Of a stretch of 64,000 bases of DNA, positions 9,960 through 18,793 are shown piece after piece. This stretch comes from Candidatus Omnitrophota bacterium (GTDB lineage Bacteria > Omnitrophota > Gorgyraeia > Tantalellales > Tantalellaceae). Location: NCBI GenBank assembly GCA_028715965.1, contig JAQUQS010000001.1, positions 164,188-228,187 of the forward strand, read 5' to 3'. Position numbers and translations under genes: made by a program. The notes beneath the pieces were generated by a model, which saw only the letters and a program-made list of their open reading frames with translations, did not search any database and had not been told where the DNA came from. The stretch's first letter is position 1; each line of letters begins with the position of its first letter.

Positions 9960-10302
9960 AGTGCCCGCCTGTCATCTGGGCCAGCGCTTCCTCCTGCGTT
10001 GGGCATATGCTTAATATCCGGTCAAGTTTGGTTATCCTGAACAAGGATTCTATCTTGGGCGGAACGTCAGATATCCTCAGGTCCCCCTCCAGGGAGCTGA
10101 TGCTCTTGGAAAAACCGGCAATTGCCGCGAGCCCCATACTGTCGATGTAATCCACCTCGCTCAGGTCTATGACCACCCTGTTGATCCCGCGCTTAATAAG
10201 TCCCCTGAATAAATTACGTATAAGGATGATACTGTCTATCATTATCTCTCCCTTGATACTGCATATCGTCACGCCGCTTCTATCATGTGTTGCTATTTTC
10301 AT
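9946..10302 (-). CDS. STAS-domain anti-sigma-factor antagonist (SpoIIAA/RsbV-like).
   Basis: The protein is 118 aa and carries the conserved phosphorylatable-serine motif VDYIDSMGLAAI in a typical STAS fold-length sequence. Confidence 0.75.
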   Translation of the reverse strand: MKIATHDRSGVTICSIKGEIMIDSIILIRNLFRGLIKRGINRVVIDLSEVDYIDSMGLAAIAGFSKSISSLEGDLRISDVPPKIESLFRITKLDRILSICPTQEEALAQMTGGHYEQR

Positions 10303-10311
10303 TTTATTCCC

Positions 10312-11751
10312 TTATACGGTGGTCGCGGTATGTTGATCGGCGTCGCTATCTGAAAATTTATAAGACATATACTCATTCCACATTTTCTCAAAACCGGTCA
10401 TCGACACGAAGAACTCTTCGTCTATAGCGTTGGCGAAGTGTGTTTTGTCTTTTATACGACCGAGCAGGCTCCGTAAACCAGGCCAGCCCCATTTGTCTAT
10501 AATGAATGAGATAGCGGCAAAAGCCGCTTGATAGTACACCTTTATCGACAACTGTTCCGAATAATCAACAAAACCCTTTTCGACAGCGCCGATCTTGAAA
10601 TATTTGCGCCCTTTTACCTCGCTGGCGAGTTCAGCCATGTTTATCGGGGCGTACCGGGCTTGTTCATATACCGCAAGGCCCTCATGTATCCATATGGGAC
10701 AATTACCGTTCGTCGTCATCGAAAGTATAGCATGAGTATATTCGTGGGCAAGTATACCCGCGAGCTCTGACTTGCTCACCCTGGGATCCACGGGCATCCG
10801 TATATTGCCGTCGAAAAAACCCCTGACTATACCGGTCTTCTGGAATATTTCCATAAAGCTGTTCGGGGTATAAAAGATTATCTTAGTATCCTGTGGCGGG
10901 TAAAAATCCAGGTCCGTGCCCACTTTTTCATATATATCCGACAAAATATCCTTGAGCTCATCTTTGTTGAAATCATAGACATCCTCGAACTCCACCTCGA
11001 AGAACGGAAGCTCGATCTTGCCGAGCCGACCGCTAAGCTCTCTTTCTTTTATGGCCTTCTCGAGTTTGTCCATTACTTCCTGGTTCTCCGGATGTGTCTG
11101 GACATATTTGGTCCAATAAAAAATGGCCTTGTCCAGCCTATCCTCCCGGTAGTGGACCTGTCCCAGGAAATCCAGGCACTCATCGCGCGGCAACATCGCG
11201 TAGGAGATGTTCAGGAGCGTAAGCGCGTTACCCATATCGTTACTGTTGTAATACTCTACGGCCTCGTTATACAGGTAGTTAGCTACGTTCTTGCGGGCCA
11301 GGTCCGACATCATGGCCAATTCCGAGGCTTTCTGCATATATTCATACGCGCCTTCACGATCGCCGGCTTCCAGCACTTTCATCGCTTCTTTAACATAGAG
11401 ATACGACAGGTTGGACAATACCCCTTTATTGGTGTTGTCCATCTCGAACGCCATTTCAAGATAATATATGGCTTTTTTTATGTTACCGGAACGGTCAAGA
11501 TAGTCTGAGTATTTGATGTATCCGTAAAGCAGGTTTTTCCTGATATCACCGCTGTCAGGAGCTCCCTCGTAAGCCTTGTGAAGGTAAAATATCGCTTTAT
11601 CATACTTACCTTCGTCTATGTACGCCTGGCCCTTCCTGACATATTCATAAAGCCCGGTACTGGATGGATCGCTCTCGCATCCCGTTATAAAAGAACACAA
11701 TAACAGGCCCGACAATACAGGCACCCACATCCTATGCATAAAATGTACCAT
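10312..11751 (-). CDS. Lipoprotein with TPR repeats and a C-terminal HExxH (peptidase MA-like) zinc-metallopeptidase motif.
   Basis: The N-terminus has a lipobox (LLLCSFITGC). TPR-like repeats occur at roughly residues 40-230 (AYIDEGKYDKAIFYLHKAYE...). The metallopeptidase motif is HEYTHAILS...IHEGLAVYEQ. Confidence 0.7.
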   Translation of the reverse strand: MVHFMHRMWVPVLSGLLLCSFITGCESDPSSTGLYEYVRKGQAYIDEGKYDKAIFYLHKAYEGAPDSGDIRKNLLYGYIKYSDYLDRSGNIKKAIYYLEMAFEMDNTNKGVLSNLSYLYVKEAMKVLEAGDREGAYEYMQKASELAMMSDLARKNVANYLYNEAVEYYNSNDMGNALTLLNISYAMLPRDECLDFLGQVHYREDRLDKAIFYWTKYVQTHPENQEVMDKLEKAIKERELSGRLGKIELPFFEVEFEDVYDFNKDELKDILSDIYEKVGTDLDFYPPQDTKIIFYTPNSFMEIFQKTGIVRGFFDGNIRMPVDPRVSKSELAGILAHEYTHAILSMTTNGNCPIWIHEGLAVYEQARYAPINMAELASEVKGRKYFKIGAVEKGFVDYSEQLSIKVYYQAAFAAISFIIDKWGWPGLRSLLGRIKDKTHFANAIDEEFFVSMTGFEKMWNEYMSYKFSDSDADQHTATTV

Positions 11752-11768
11752 AAATCAGCCCGGACCCG

Positions 11769-12149
11769 TTATCTGTCCTTTTCAAGTTCTTCTTTCTGCA
11801 TGGCGTCAAGATACGCGTCTACCTCGGCCATATCCTGAAAAACACATGTTTCGGGCAGGGCCTTGAGAATATCGAAAACTTTCTTTATCTGTGGTTGAAG
11901 GCCGGTCATCATGAACGTACCGCCTTTGCCTTCCGTTATGCGACGGGCCTTGAAAATAACGCTTAATCCGTCGCTACTTACGTAGAAAAGGCCTTTCAGG
12001 TTCATCACTAATCCCCTAAGGTCGGCAAGGCCCAGAATAGGGGCCAATCTTTCATCAAGTATCGTATAGGTATCGGAATCCAGACTGCCTTCCAGAAATA
12101 TAAGATAGATCTTGCCAGGCTGCTCTTTTATCTCTATTTCAAATGACAT
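11769..12149 (-). CDS. Second STAS-domain protein (anti-sigma-factor antagonist-like).
   Basis: The protein is 126 aa. GKIYLIFLEGSLDSDTYTILDERL...VSSDGLSVIF has the STAS pattern with a DSxG-like element. An AT-rich promoter-like region lies upstream (12150-12249). Confidence 0.6.
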   Translation of the reverse strand: MSFEIEIKEQPGKIYLIFLEGSLDSDTYTILDERLAPILGLADLRGLVMNLKGLFYVSSDGLSVIFKARRITEGKGGTFMMTGLQPQIKKVFDILKALPETCVFQDMAEVDAYLDAMQKEELEKDR

Positions 12150-12249
12150 GATGGCCTCCTCAAATTGGGTAGCGCCTTTTCATCCACAGTATACCGACAC
12201 TTTATTTTATATTAAATAAATATAAAAGTCATCCAAATAGAGCGCTCTC

Positions 12250-13197
12250 TCACATGACCGGCGGAATGGCTCCCTCAGTCTTTTTCCTGCCTTTTTCCCG
12301 CTGCGCGCGTACCCAGTCCAGCACTTTGTCGATCACCGTTCTGCGACTGGCCTCGAGCAATTGCATCCCTTTTTCGTTAAGCTCAGCTATATCATCCCAT
12401 ATTTCCCGTGATTTCAGAAGCGAGAACACTATGCTGGGCGACATGTCGGGATTGACCCCGACAAAAGTCCTTCTTGCCTCTCTCGTATACCCCGTTTTTC
12501 CCCATGGAGCGGTACTCCCCTTGAAAAGGCTCTTATTGTGGGTCTTCAAATGTATCTTTCTACCGTCACTTCCGGATATATAAGCTTCTTTCCTGGACAT
12601 ATTCTCAAGTATTTCCGGATAACGTATCGCATACCTCATCATCGCGGCAAGGTCCTCGGCCGTAGTATACTGGGCATCTTTTCTCCCGGTAGGGAGACCG
12701 GAAGCTTTAATGAAATTGGTATTGGTCATTCCGATCTCCCTGGCTTTTTCATTCATAAGTCCGGCAAAAGACCGTTCATCTCCAGAAATAGCTTCAGCTA
12801 TGGCAAAAGCCGCGTCATTCGCTGATTTTATAAGCATGGCCGAAATAAGGTCCCTTACCTTATATCTCACGCCCACCTTCAACCCTATTATGGTCGGCTC
12901 AACATGGATAACGTCCTTTCCCGGGACCACGTCATCATCAAGCCCGAGCTTCTCGATGGCCAATATACACGTCATCACCTTGGCCGTGGACGCCGGCGGG
13001 AATTTGGCTTGTGGATTCTTAGCGTACAGTATATCCCCCCGGGCGGCATCCATTATCACCGCCCCTCTTCCGTTAACCTTGACATCTATTCCATCTTCCG
13101 CGCCAAATACCTCACATGGCATTGAACTGAGAACTATAAGGATATACGCGACAATGCCCCTGACTATATCTATCCTGAGATTCTTTTCCCGCATCAT
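12250..13197 (-). CDS. dacC: D-alanyl-D-alanine carboxypeptidase (class A low-molecular-weight PBP, S11 family).
   Basis: It carries an SxxK motif (PASTAKVMT) and a KTG motif (WGKTGYT), plus an N-terminal signal peptide. The ATG overlaps the stop of the upstream radical SAM gene (ATGA). Confidence 0.8.
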   Translation of the reverse strand: MMREKNLRIDIVRGIVAYILIVLSSMPCEVFGAEDGIDVKVNGRGAVIMDAARGDILYAKNPQAKFPPASTAKVMTCILAIEKLGLDDDVVPGKDVIHVEPTIIGLKVGVRYKVRDLISAMLIKSANDAAFAIAEAISGDERSFAGLMNEKAREIGMTNTNFIKASGLPTGRKDAQYTTAEDLAAMMRYAIRYPEILENMSRKEAYISGSDGRKIHLKTHNKSLFKGSTAPWGKTGYTREARRTFVGVNPDMSPSIVFSLLKSREIWDDIAELNEKGMQLLEASRRTVIDKVLDWVRAQREKGRKKTEGAIPPVM

Positions 13198-14519
13198 AGA
13201 GTAGCCGTCGATCCTCCTTTCCTTTTTCTTCTTATCCGTTTCAGGGACGGGTTAAAATATCCGTTCATGATCGAAGGATATTCCTTCTTGATCTTCCCGA
13301 TGACCTTATCCATGCCGAGCATCTCCCGGGAAGATATGGCTACCCCCAGTTCGTTCATGTAACGTATCGGGTCGTAGTTCAAGTTCCTCCATTGTATCAT
13401 ATCCGTTCCCGGTCCCGACAGGAAGCGGGATAATGCTTTTTCTTCCCTGATCCAGTCGGAAAATCCAGGCATAACAAGGTAATTTATCGATACAAACCCT
13501 CTTTTTTTCCGCATACATCTTATCGACCGCATGACATCACCGAAAGTATATCCCACGGGCCGGTAATACGCGTTGTAATACCTCTCCTGAAAACTGTTCA
13601 CGCTGACCCTTATTGAGTCCAATCCGGCATCTATAAGCCGGGAAACCATATCGGGTCTGCTGCCGTTCGTGTTGATGTTTATTATACCCTTTGACGTCCC
13701 TTTTCTTATCAAGGATACGGCCCTCACGAGAACATCCCCGACCATCAACGGTTCCCCTTCGCATCCCTGGCCAAAACTCACCACAGGGTCAGCTACCCTG
13801 CTTATATGATGCAACGCCACTTCAGCGATCTCTTCCGGGTCCGGAACGAATTTTATCCGAGGTTGCGTGACCGAGCATTTTCCCCCTTCCTGATGGGATA
13901 TGCACCCGATACAACGCGCGTTACACAACGGGGAAGATGGAAGTGGCGCTTCATACCTGTTGAGAAAGAAATTCTTCGCGGCGGGGCATCCATAAGTAAG
14001 CGCGCACGTCTCCAGATGTCTTACCAGCCTGTTACGGGGCAATATCCTCCTCATCTTCTTCACCCCGTCGCAAAGCCCTGTCCGATCCATTCCTCCAAGC
14101 TCTTGCCTTTTTTCGCGATCAACACGTATCCCGGCGGCATAAAACCCACCTTTATAGAACGCTACGGCCGCGTAACTGAAAAGGGGAAGATGTCCCGCGC
14201 CTTTTCTCTCAACATACGAAGCGTTATAACGCAGGGTATACCCGGGGGACATGAACGCGGCAACGGCGTAACACCGCCTGGCCTTCCGGGAGAACGGATC
14301 AGTGGCGACCTCCGTCATCTGCCCGGTATCATCGCTGAAACCAACGGCACTTCTGGATGGAAGCATAAAAAGTTCGCTGTCGCTATGCAGTTTTACAAGA
14401 TCACGTGCCCTGAGCGGGAAGAAAAGACCGGACTTCATCCCGGTAGCGCGCATCCCGGGCACATCGAATATCCTGCCTTTTTCGTCAGCTACCAATAACG
14501 ATGGTATTTCCTTTTTCAT
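13194..14519 (-). CDS. Radical SAM protein of an uncharacterized subfamily, with an N-terminal extra domain.
   Basis: The CxxxCxxC motif is CNARCIGC. The ORF track extends to 14603, but a start at M29 (MKKEIPSLL, 14519) removes an 83-nt overlap with xth and leaves a 2-nt gap. Confidence 0.7.
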   Translation of the reverse strand: MKKEIPSLLVADEKGRIFDVPGMRATGMKSGLFFPLRARDLVKLHSDSELFMLPSRSAVGFSDDTGQMTEVATDPFSRKARRCYAVAAFMSPGYTLRYNASYVERKGAGHLPLFSYAAVAFYKGGFYAAGIRVDREKRQELGGMDRTGLCDGVKKMRRILPRNRLVRHLETCALTYGCPAAKNFFLNRYEAPLPSSPLCNARCIGCISHQEGGKCSVTQPRIKFVPDPEEIAEVALHHISRVADPVVSFGQGCEGEPLMVGDVLVRAVSLIRKGTSKGIININTNGSRPDMVSRLIDAGLDSIRVSVNSFQERYYNAYYRPVGYTFGDVMRSIRCMRKKRGFVSINYLVMPGFSDWIREEKALSRFLSGPGTDMIQWRNLNYDPIRYMNELGVAISSREMLGMDKVIGKIKKEYPSIMNGYFNPSLKRIRRKRKGGSTATL

Positions 14520-14520
14520 A

Positions 14521-15285
14521 TTATCGTATGCGCTCGATCTCCATGCCCACCGGGCAATGGTCCGACCCGTCCACCTCGGGCATAAGAAAAGCGTCCTTGA
14601 CATGCGGCACCATGGCGCCTGACACGAAAAAATAATCTATACGCCAGCCTACATTCCTGTCCCTGGCCCTGCTTTTATAGTCCCACCATGTATATTGTCC
14701 GGGCTGGTCGTTATAGCTCCGGAAGATATCGACATATCCGGCTTCCACCAACTTATCCATCCATTCACGCTCGATGGGAAGGAACCCGGAATAATTCTCG
14801 TTCGCCTTAGGCCTGGCAAGGTCTATCTCCTTATGGGCCGTATTGAGATCCCCGCATATTACGACCTTACGACCGGTAAAACCGCCGAGATGCTCTAGGA
14901 AATGCCTATAGAATTCCATTTTGTAATCCAGCCGGGACGCGTTCATACGCCCGTTAGGAAAATACCCGTTGATCAGCACAAAACCGCCCATATCAAGCTC
15001 AAGTACCCTGCCCTCCGTGTCGAACCCTTCCGGACCGAAGTCCGTGCTTACCGCGACCGGCTCTTCCTTCGTAAAAACACTGACACCGGCATAACCTTTT
15101 TTCTCAGGATTATTCCAGTATCTCTTATACCCCGCCCAGGTTGCCGAGAACTCCTCTACCTGCTCGGGATATGTTTTGGTCTCTTGAATACACAGGATAT
15201 CGGGGGCATTCTCGTCAAGCCACTTATTAAAGCCTTTTTTTACGATGGCCCGCAGGCCATTAACGTTCCATGAGAGTATTTTCAT
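14521..15285 (-). CDS. xth: Exodeoxyribonuclease III (AP endonuclease, Xth/ExoA family).
   Basis: The N-terminus is MKILSWNVNGLRA. The conserved ...DIFCLQETK...GDLN... and C-terminal SDHCPV motifs are present. Confidence 0.9.
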   Translation of the reverse strand: MKILSWNVNGLRAIVKKGFNKWLDENAPDILCIQETKTYPEQVEEFSATWAGYKRYWNNPEKKGYAGVSVFTKEEPVAVSTDFGPEGFDTEGRVLELDMGGFVLINGYFPNGRMNASRLDYKMEFYRHFLEHLGGFTGRKVVICGDLNTAHKEIDLARPKANENYSGFLPIEREWMDKLVEAGYVDIFRSYNDQPGQYTWWDYKSRARDRNVGWRIDYFFVSGAMVPHVKDAFLMPEVDGSDHCPVGMEIERIR

Positions 15286-15286
15286 T

Positions 15287-15943
15287 TCAGGATGGCGAAC
15301 GGCCGGGAGCGAACGCGTTATTCACTGAGGCTACATATTCCTTTATCATGCCCCCTATTGACCGGAAATCTTTTTTGTCGATCAATTCTTTTTTAAAAAC
15401 ACTCGATCCAAAAGCTACAGCGTCAGCGCCACAGGCGGCGTATTCAGCTATGTTCGCGGGCCTCACGCCCCCTACCGCCATTAGACGGACATCATTGAAA
15501 GGCCCTTTTAGTTCTTTCATGTATCCCGGCCCGAAAAGTCCGGAAGGGAATATCTTTACCATGCTGGCCCCGCAAGACCAGGCCTTGAATACCTCTCCGG
15601 GCGTTAAAGCGCCGGGGAACACCGATATACCCCTTTTCACGCATTCCCCGATTATCCCTTCATCCACGACCGGGGTCACGATAAAACCCGCCCCGGCGTC
15701 CAGCGCTGTTTCCAGCCGTTCCCGGGATGTTACGGTACCAGCACCTATCATCAGTTCTTTCCCGGACATATCTATGATCTTCCTTATCATGTCCGCGGCG
15801 CTACCTGTGTTCATCGTTACCTCAAGCGTTTTGATCCCGGAGCTCACGGCGGTCTCGATAAGAGGCTCTACCGCATCCTCCGGTATGCCCCGGACTATGG
15901 CCATCAGTGGAAAAGCGGCAAAACGCTCTAGATCGAATCTCAT
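15287..15943 (-). CDS. eda: 2-dehydro-3-deoxyphosphogluconate / 4-hydroxy-2-oxoglutarate aldolase (KDPG aldolase).
   Basis: The protein is 218 aa with ...IVRGIPEDAVEP...KTLEVTMNT...GAGTV...GFIVTP... typical of Eda. It overlaps the upstream gene by 4 nt. Confidence 0.8.
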   Translation of the reverse strand: MRFDLERFAAFPLMAIVRGIPEDAVEPLIETAVSSGIKTLEVTMNTGSAADMIRKIIDMSGKELMIGAGTVTSRERLETALDAGAGFIVTPVVDEGIIGECVKRGISVFPGALTPGEVFKAWSCGASMVKIFPSGLFGPGYMKELKGPFNDVRLMAVGGVRPANIAEYAACGADAVAFGSSVFKKELIDKKDFRSIGGMIKEYVASVNNAFAPGRSPS

Positions 15944-16890
15944 TCTATCTCCGTTGGCAGCATACTGTTGTAAAAATGAAGATAATTGTCCTTATCCGCG
16001 CCCCGCCTCAATTCCATAGCCGCCCTGGGATGTTCGTTGAACATACCGGTCAACGCGTACGGTATCAGGTATCCCCATTCAATCTTTTCCCTAAGAGGTA
16101 TGAACTCCCTGGCTATTATATCCAATATGGGGCGTATATCGAATTTCGGGTTCTTCAGGAAACCGATAAGAAGCTCCAGCGGGCAATTGCCCGCGGCCCT
16201 GCCTATCCCGTATATGGTACCATCAAGATAATTAGAACCGTCGATTATGGCCTGCACCGTATTCCCGTAGCCCAGCTGCTGGTTGTTATGCGCGTGTATC
16301 CCGACTTCCTTTGTTTTTATGTATTTTTTGTATTTGTTCACCAAGTATGTGATGTTCTCGCTGTAAAGCGCGCCAAAACTGTCCACTATATACACCGCCT
16401 TGACGGATGTTTCTTTCTCTATCTGGTCGAGGGCTTCGTCAAGTTCCGTGTCAAGAGCCCGCGATATCGCCATTATGTTTATCGTGGCTTCATATCCTTT
16501 TCCCGTCACCTCATTGGCGAGTTCAATGGCTTTATCAACGTCCCTTACATATGTGGCCACTCTCATCATATCGATCACGCTATCCTTACAGGGAAGGATG
16601 TCCTCTTTCTCAACCCGGCCTACATCCACCATCACCGAAAGTTTTGTCTCGGCATCAATGCCGTCAATCGTCCTTTTGATATCTTCCTCATCACAGAACT
16701 TCCATTTTCCGAATTTTGTCGGGGACACCAGGTTCTTCGACGCGCGATATCCTATCTCGACATAATCAACACCTGCCGCGGCGAGCGCTTTATATACTTC
16801 CCGCACAAAATCATCGTCGAAAAAATGGTCGTTTATAAGGCCGCCATCCCTGATGGTGCAGTCAACTACTTTAATTTGTTCACGATACAT
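15940..16890 (-). CDS. HMGL-like (DRE-TIM, pyruvate carboxyltransferase-domain) aldolase; 4-hydroxy-2-oxovalerate aldolase-like.
   Basis: The N-terminal VVDCTIRDGGLIND substrate motif and HAHNNQQLGYGNTVQAI (metal-binding His-x-His) are present. At 316 aa it has no C-terminal regulatory domain. Confidence 0.65.
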   Translation of the reverse strand: MYREQIKVVDCTIRDGGLINDHFFDDDFVREVYKALAAAGVDYVEIGYRASKNLVSPTKFGKWKFCDEEDIKRTIDGIDAETKLSVMVDVGRVEKEDILPCKDSVIDMMRVATYVRDVDKAIELANEVTGKGYEATINIMAISRALDTELDEALDQIEKETSVKAVYIVDSFGALYSENITYLVNKYKKYIKTKEVGIHAHNNQQLGYGNTVQAIIDGSNYLDGTIYGIGRAAGNCPLELLIGFLKNPKFDIRPILDIIAREFIPLREKIEWGYLIPYALTGMFNEHPRAAMELRRGADKDNYLHFYNSMLPTEIE

Positions 16891-16991
16891 GGTCTCTCCT
16901 CTTCGTTTTATCTTTCATCAAAAGGCAGATTATTATAGTAAATATCGGGACCCTTTGCAAACTATAAGACATACCGCCGCTTGCCGGCGCG

Positions 16992-18158
16992 TCATATCCC
17001 CCTGTCCAGTTCCATCAACATTTCTATGTGTTTTGTCCTCGGGAACATGTCGAAAAAGGCCTTGCGGCCGCATTTCCACCTGCCTCCGGATATAAGCACC
17101 TTGATATCACGCGCCAGTCTGGACGGATCGCATGACAGGTAAAATATCTTATCTATCCCTTCCGCCGTGGCCAACTTCTCCAGGAACTCCTTTTTAACAC
17201 CTATCCTCGGAGGGTCCAGGAACACAGTATTCCTTTTTCCCTTCTCCCTGGCAAAAATGTCGAAGAACACGGTCTCGGCGGTACCTTTATAGAATTTGAT
17301 ATCGCTGATATTCCCGGTCCGGGCCGTCGATTTAGCACATTCGATAGCTATACGACTTGAATCTATGCCGACTTTTCTAGTGTACCCTCCCCCTGAAAAG
17401 AAAGTAAAGAACCCCACCCCGCAGTATGGATCGAAGAACACGTGATCCTCTCCCGAGTCCCCTGTCCAATCATCGAGTTTCTGTGAGATCTTGTCGGCGA
17501 CATATTTATTGGCCTGGGAAAAGGCCTTAGGAGACATATATAGTTTCCCCCTGCCGGTATCATCAAGGTAGAACCTCTCCCCCTGAACATCGGACGACCA
17601 GACCTTCCCTTCGCTATCAACCTTGATAGTGACATCCCCGGCCTCACAGCTATCCGGGAGGGAACCTAACGCGTCATTAAGTTCTTTAGCGGCTATGCGA
17701 CATTCTTTTATCTCCAACACCTCGCGGCCTGACATATCATAGAAACCATACGCCCCTTTGGACGTCCTGTGGAGCGTTAGGCTTTTCCTATACCCCATAT
17801 CAACATCGGAAGGAACGATGTCCGGATCCAAGCCGTCACGTATCCCGGCGATCCTGGCAAAAATGTCCTTGATCTGTGATGTCTTCAATACCACCTCTTC
17901 ATCGTATTTTACATGCTGGTACTGGCATCCTCCACACGTCCCGTAATATTGACATGCCGGAGCTATCCGGTCGATCGAAGGTGTGATCATTTCCAGGATC
18001 TCCCCCTCAACAAATCCTGACGTATCCCTGGTCTCCCTGATCCTTACTTTTTCCCCCGGAAGAGCCCCTGAGACAAAACACACTTTACCGTCTATACGGC
18101 CCATGCCCTTGCCTCCGAAAACGACGGATACTATATCCACAATGTGTTCCCTGCTCAT
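16992..18158 (-). CDS. rlmD: 23S rRNA (uracil-C5)-methyltransferase of the RlmD/RumA family, with an N-terminal TRAM domain.
   Basis: A TRAM-like N-terminus is followed by the Fe-S cysteine cluster CQYYGTCGGCQYQH and a C-terminal SAM-MTase fold (FDPYCGVGFF...VFLDPPR...SCDP). Confidence 0.8.
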   Translation of the reverse strand: MSREHIVDIVSVVFGGKGMGRIDGKVCFVSGALPGEKVRIRETRDTSGFVEGEILEMITPSIDRIAPACQYYGTCGGCQYQHVKYDEEVVLKTSQIKDIFARIAGIRDGLDPDIVPSDVDMGYRKSLTLHRTSKGAYGFYDMSGREVLEIKECRIAAKELNDALGSLPDSCEAGDVTIKVDSEGKVWSSDVQGERFYLDDTGRGKLYMSPKAFSQANKYVADKISQKLDDWTGDSGEDHVFFDPYCGVGFFTFFSGGGYTRKVGIDSSRIAIECAKSTARTGNISDIKFYKGTAETVFFDIFAREKGKRNTVFLDPPRIGVKKEFLEKLATAEGIDKIFYLSCDPSRLARDIKVLISGGRWKCGRKAFFDMFPRTKHIEMLMELDRGI

Positions 18159-18177
18159 TTTTCCTTGCCTTCCCGGC

Positions 18178-18222
18178 TTTTTTAAAAAAAAGTAGGGAGC
18201 CTTCTCAGGGCAGGCTCCCTAC
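18178..18222 (-). terminator. Rho-independent terminator for the Gly/Gln-rich protein gene (10-bp perfect stem plus U-tract).
   Basis: GTAGGGAGCC-loop-GGCTCCCTAC occupies 18192-18222. On the plus strand it is immediately preceded by AAAAAAAA (18184-18191), which is a U-run after the hairpin on the minus-strand transcript. Confidence 0.7.
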
Positions 18223-18248
18223 TTACGGAAATAAGACCATATTTTGTA

Positions 18249-18677
18249 TCAGTTGCCTTTAACGCCTTCTTTCAATCCTTCTTTATACCCGTCGGTATAA
18301 CCTTTCTTATATCCATTAGAGTATCCGGCCTCATAACCATCGGAATAAGCGTTACTGGGCTCTCTGTAGGTCTGTTGTTGCTGGTACACAGGCTGCTGTT
18401 GCTGGTATGCGGGCTGCTGTTGCTGGTACGCGGGTTGGCTGCTCTTAGGCTCTTCCGTAAGACTGTCCAGAAGAGCTCCGCCAAGTATATTCACTCCCGC
18501 TCCCACCAACGCTCCCGTTCCAGCGTTACCTCCACCAGCAGCGCTTCCCGCGGCACCAGCGCCGGCACCAAGAAGCCCCTGTTTAAGGATATCCCTGCTG
18601 TCCGTAAAAGCCTCCTGACTGAACAACGTTAACGCGAATAATATCAACACTAAACAAATAAGAGACTTTCTCCCCAT
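18249..18677 (-). CDS. Small secreted low-complexity protein with a glycine-zipper segment, three QP(A/V)YQQQQ repeats and D/N/KGY repeats; function unknown.
   Basis: It has a signal peptide (MGRKSLICLVLILFALTLFSQEA), a GAGAGAAGSAAGGGNAGTGALVGAGVNILGGALL segment, a 27-bp tandem DNA repeat x3 (about 18353-18433), and a strong terminator downstream. Confidence 0.6.
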   Translation of the reverse strand: MGRKSLICLVLILFALTLFSQEAFTDSRDILKQGLLGAGAGAAGSAAGGGNAGTGALVGAGVNILGGALLDSLTEEPKSSQPAYQQQQPAYQQQQPVYQQQQTYREPSNAYSDGYEAGYSNGYKKGYTDGYKEGLKEGVKGN

Positions 18678-18793
18678 AAACTACCCTCCTTTAAGACCTG
18701 TAAGACCCATGGCTATTATACCTGTTTGGACATAACTATATTATCAAAAAAGCTCCATACGGGCAACTTAAAATGATTTGCGCCCCTACCCGG

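Noticed and set aside
15907-16938. 343-aa plus-strand ORF (and 15270..16019, 249 aa) overlapping eda and HMGL-like genes.
   Set aside because: It is antisense to strongly supported minus-strand genes with recognizable motifs. The translation is low-complexity with no motifs. It is a shadow ORF.
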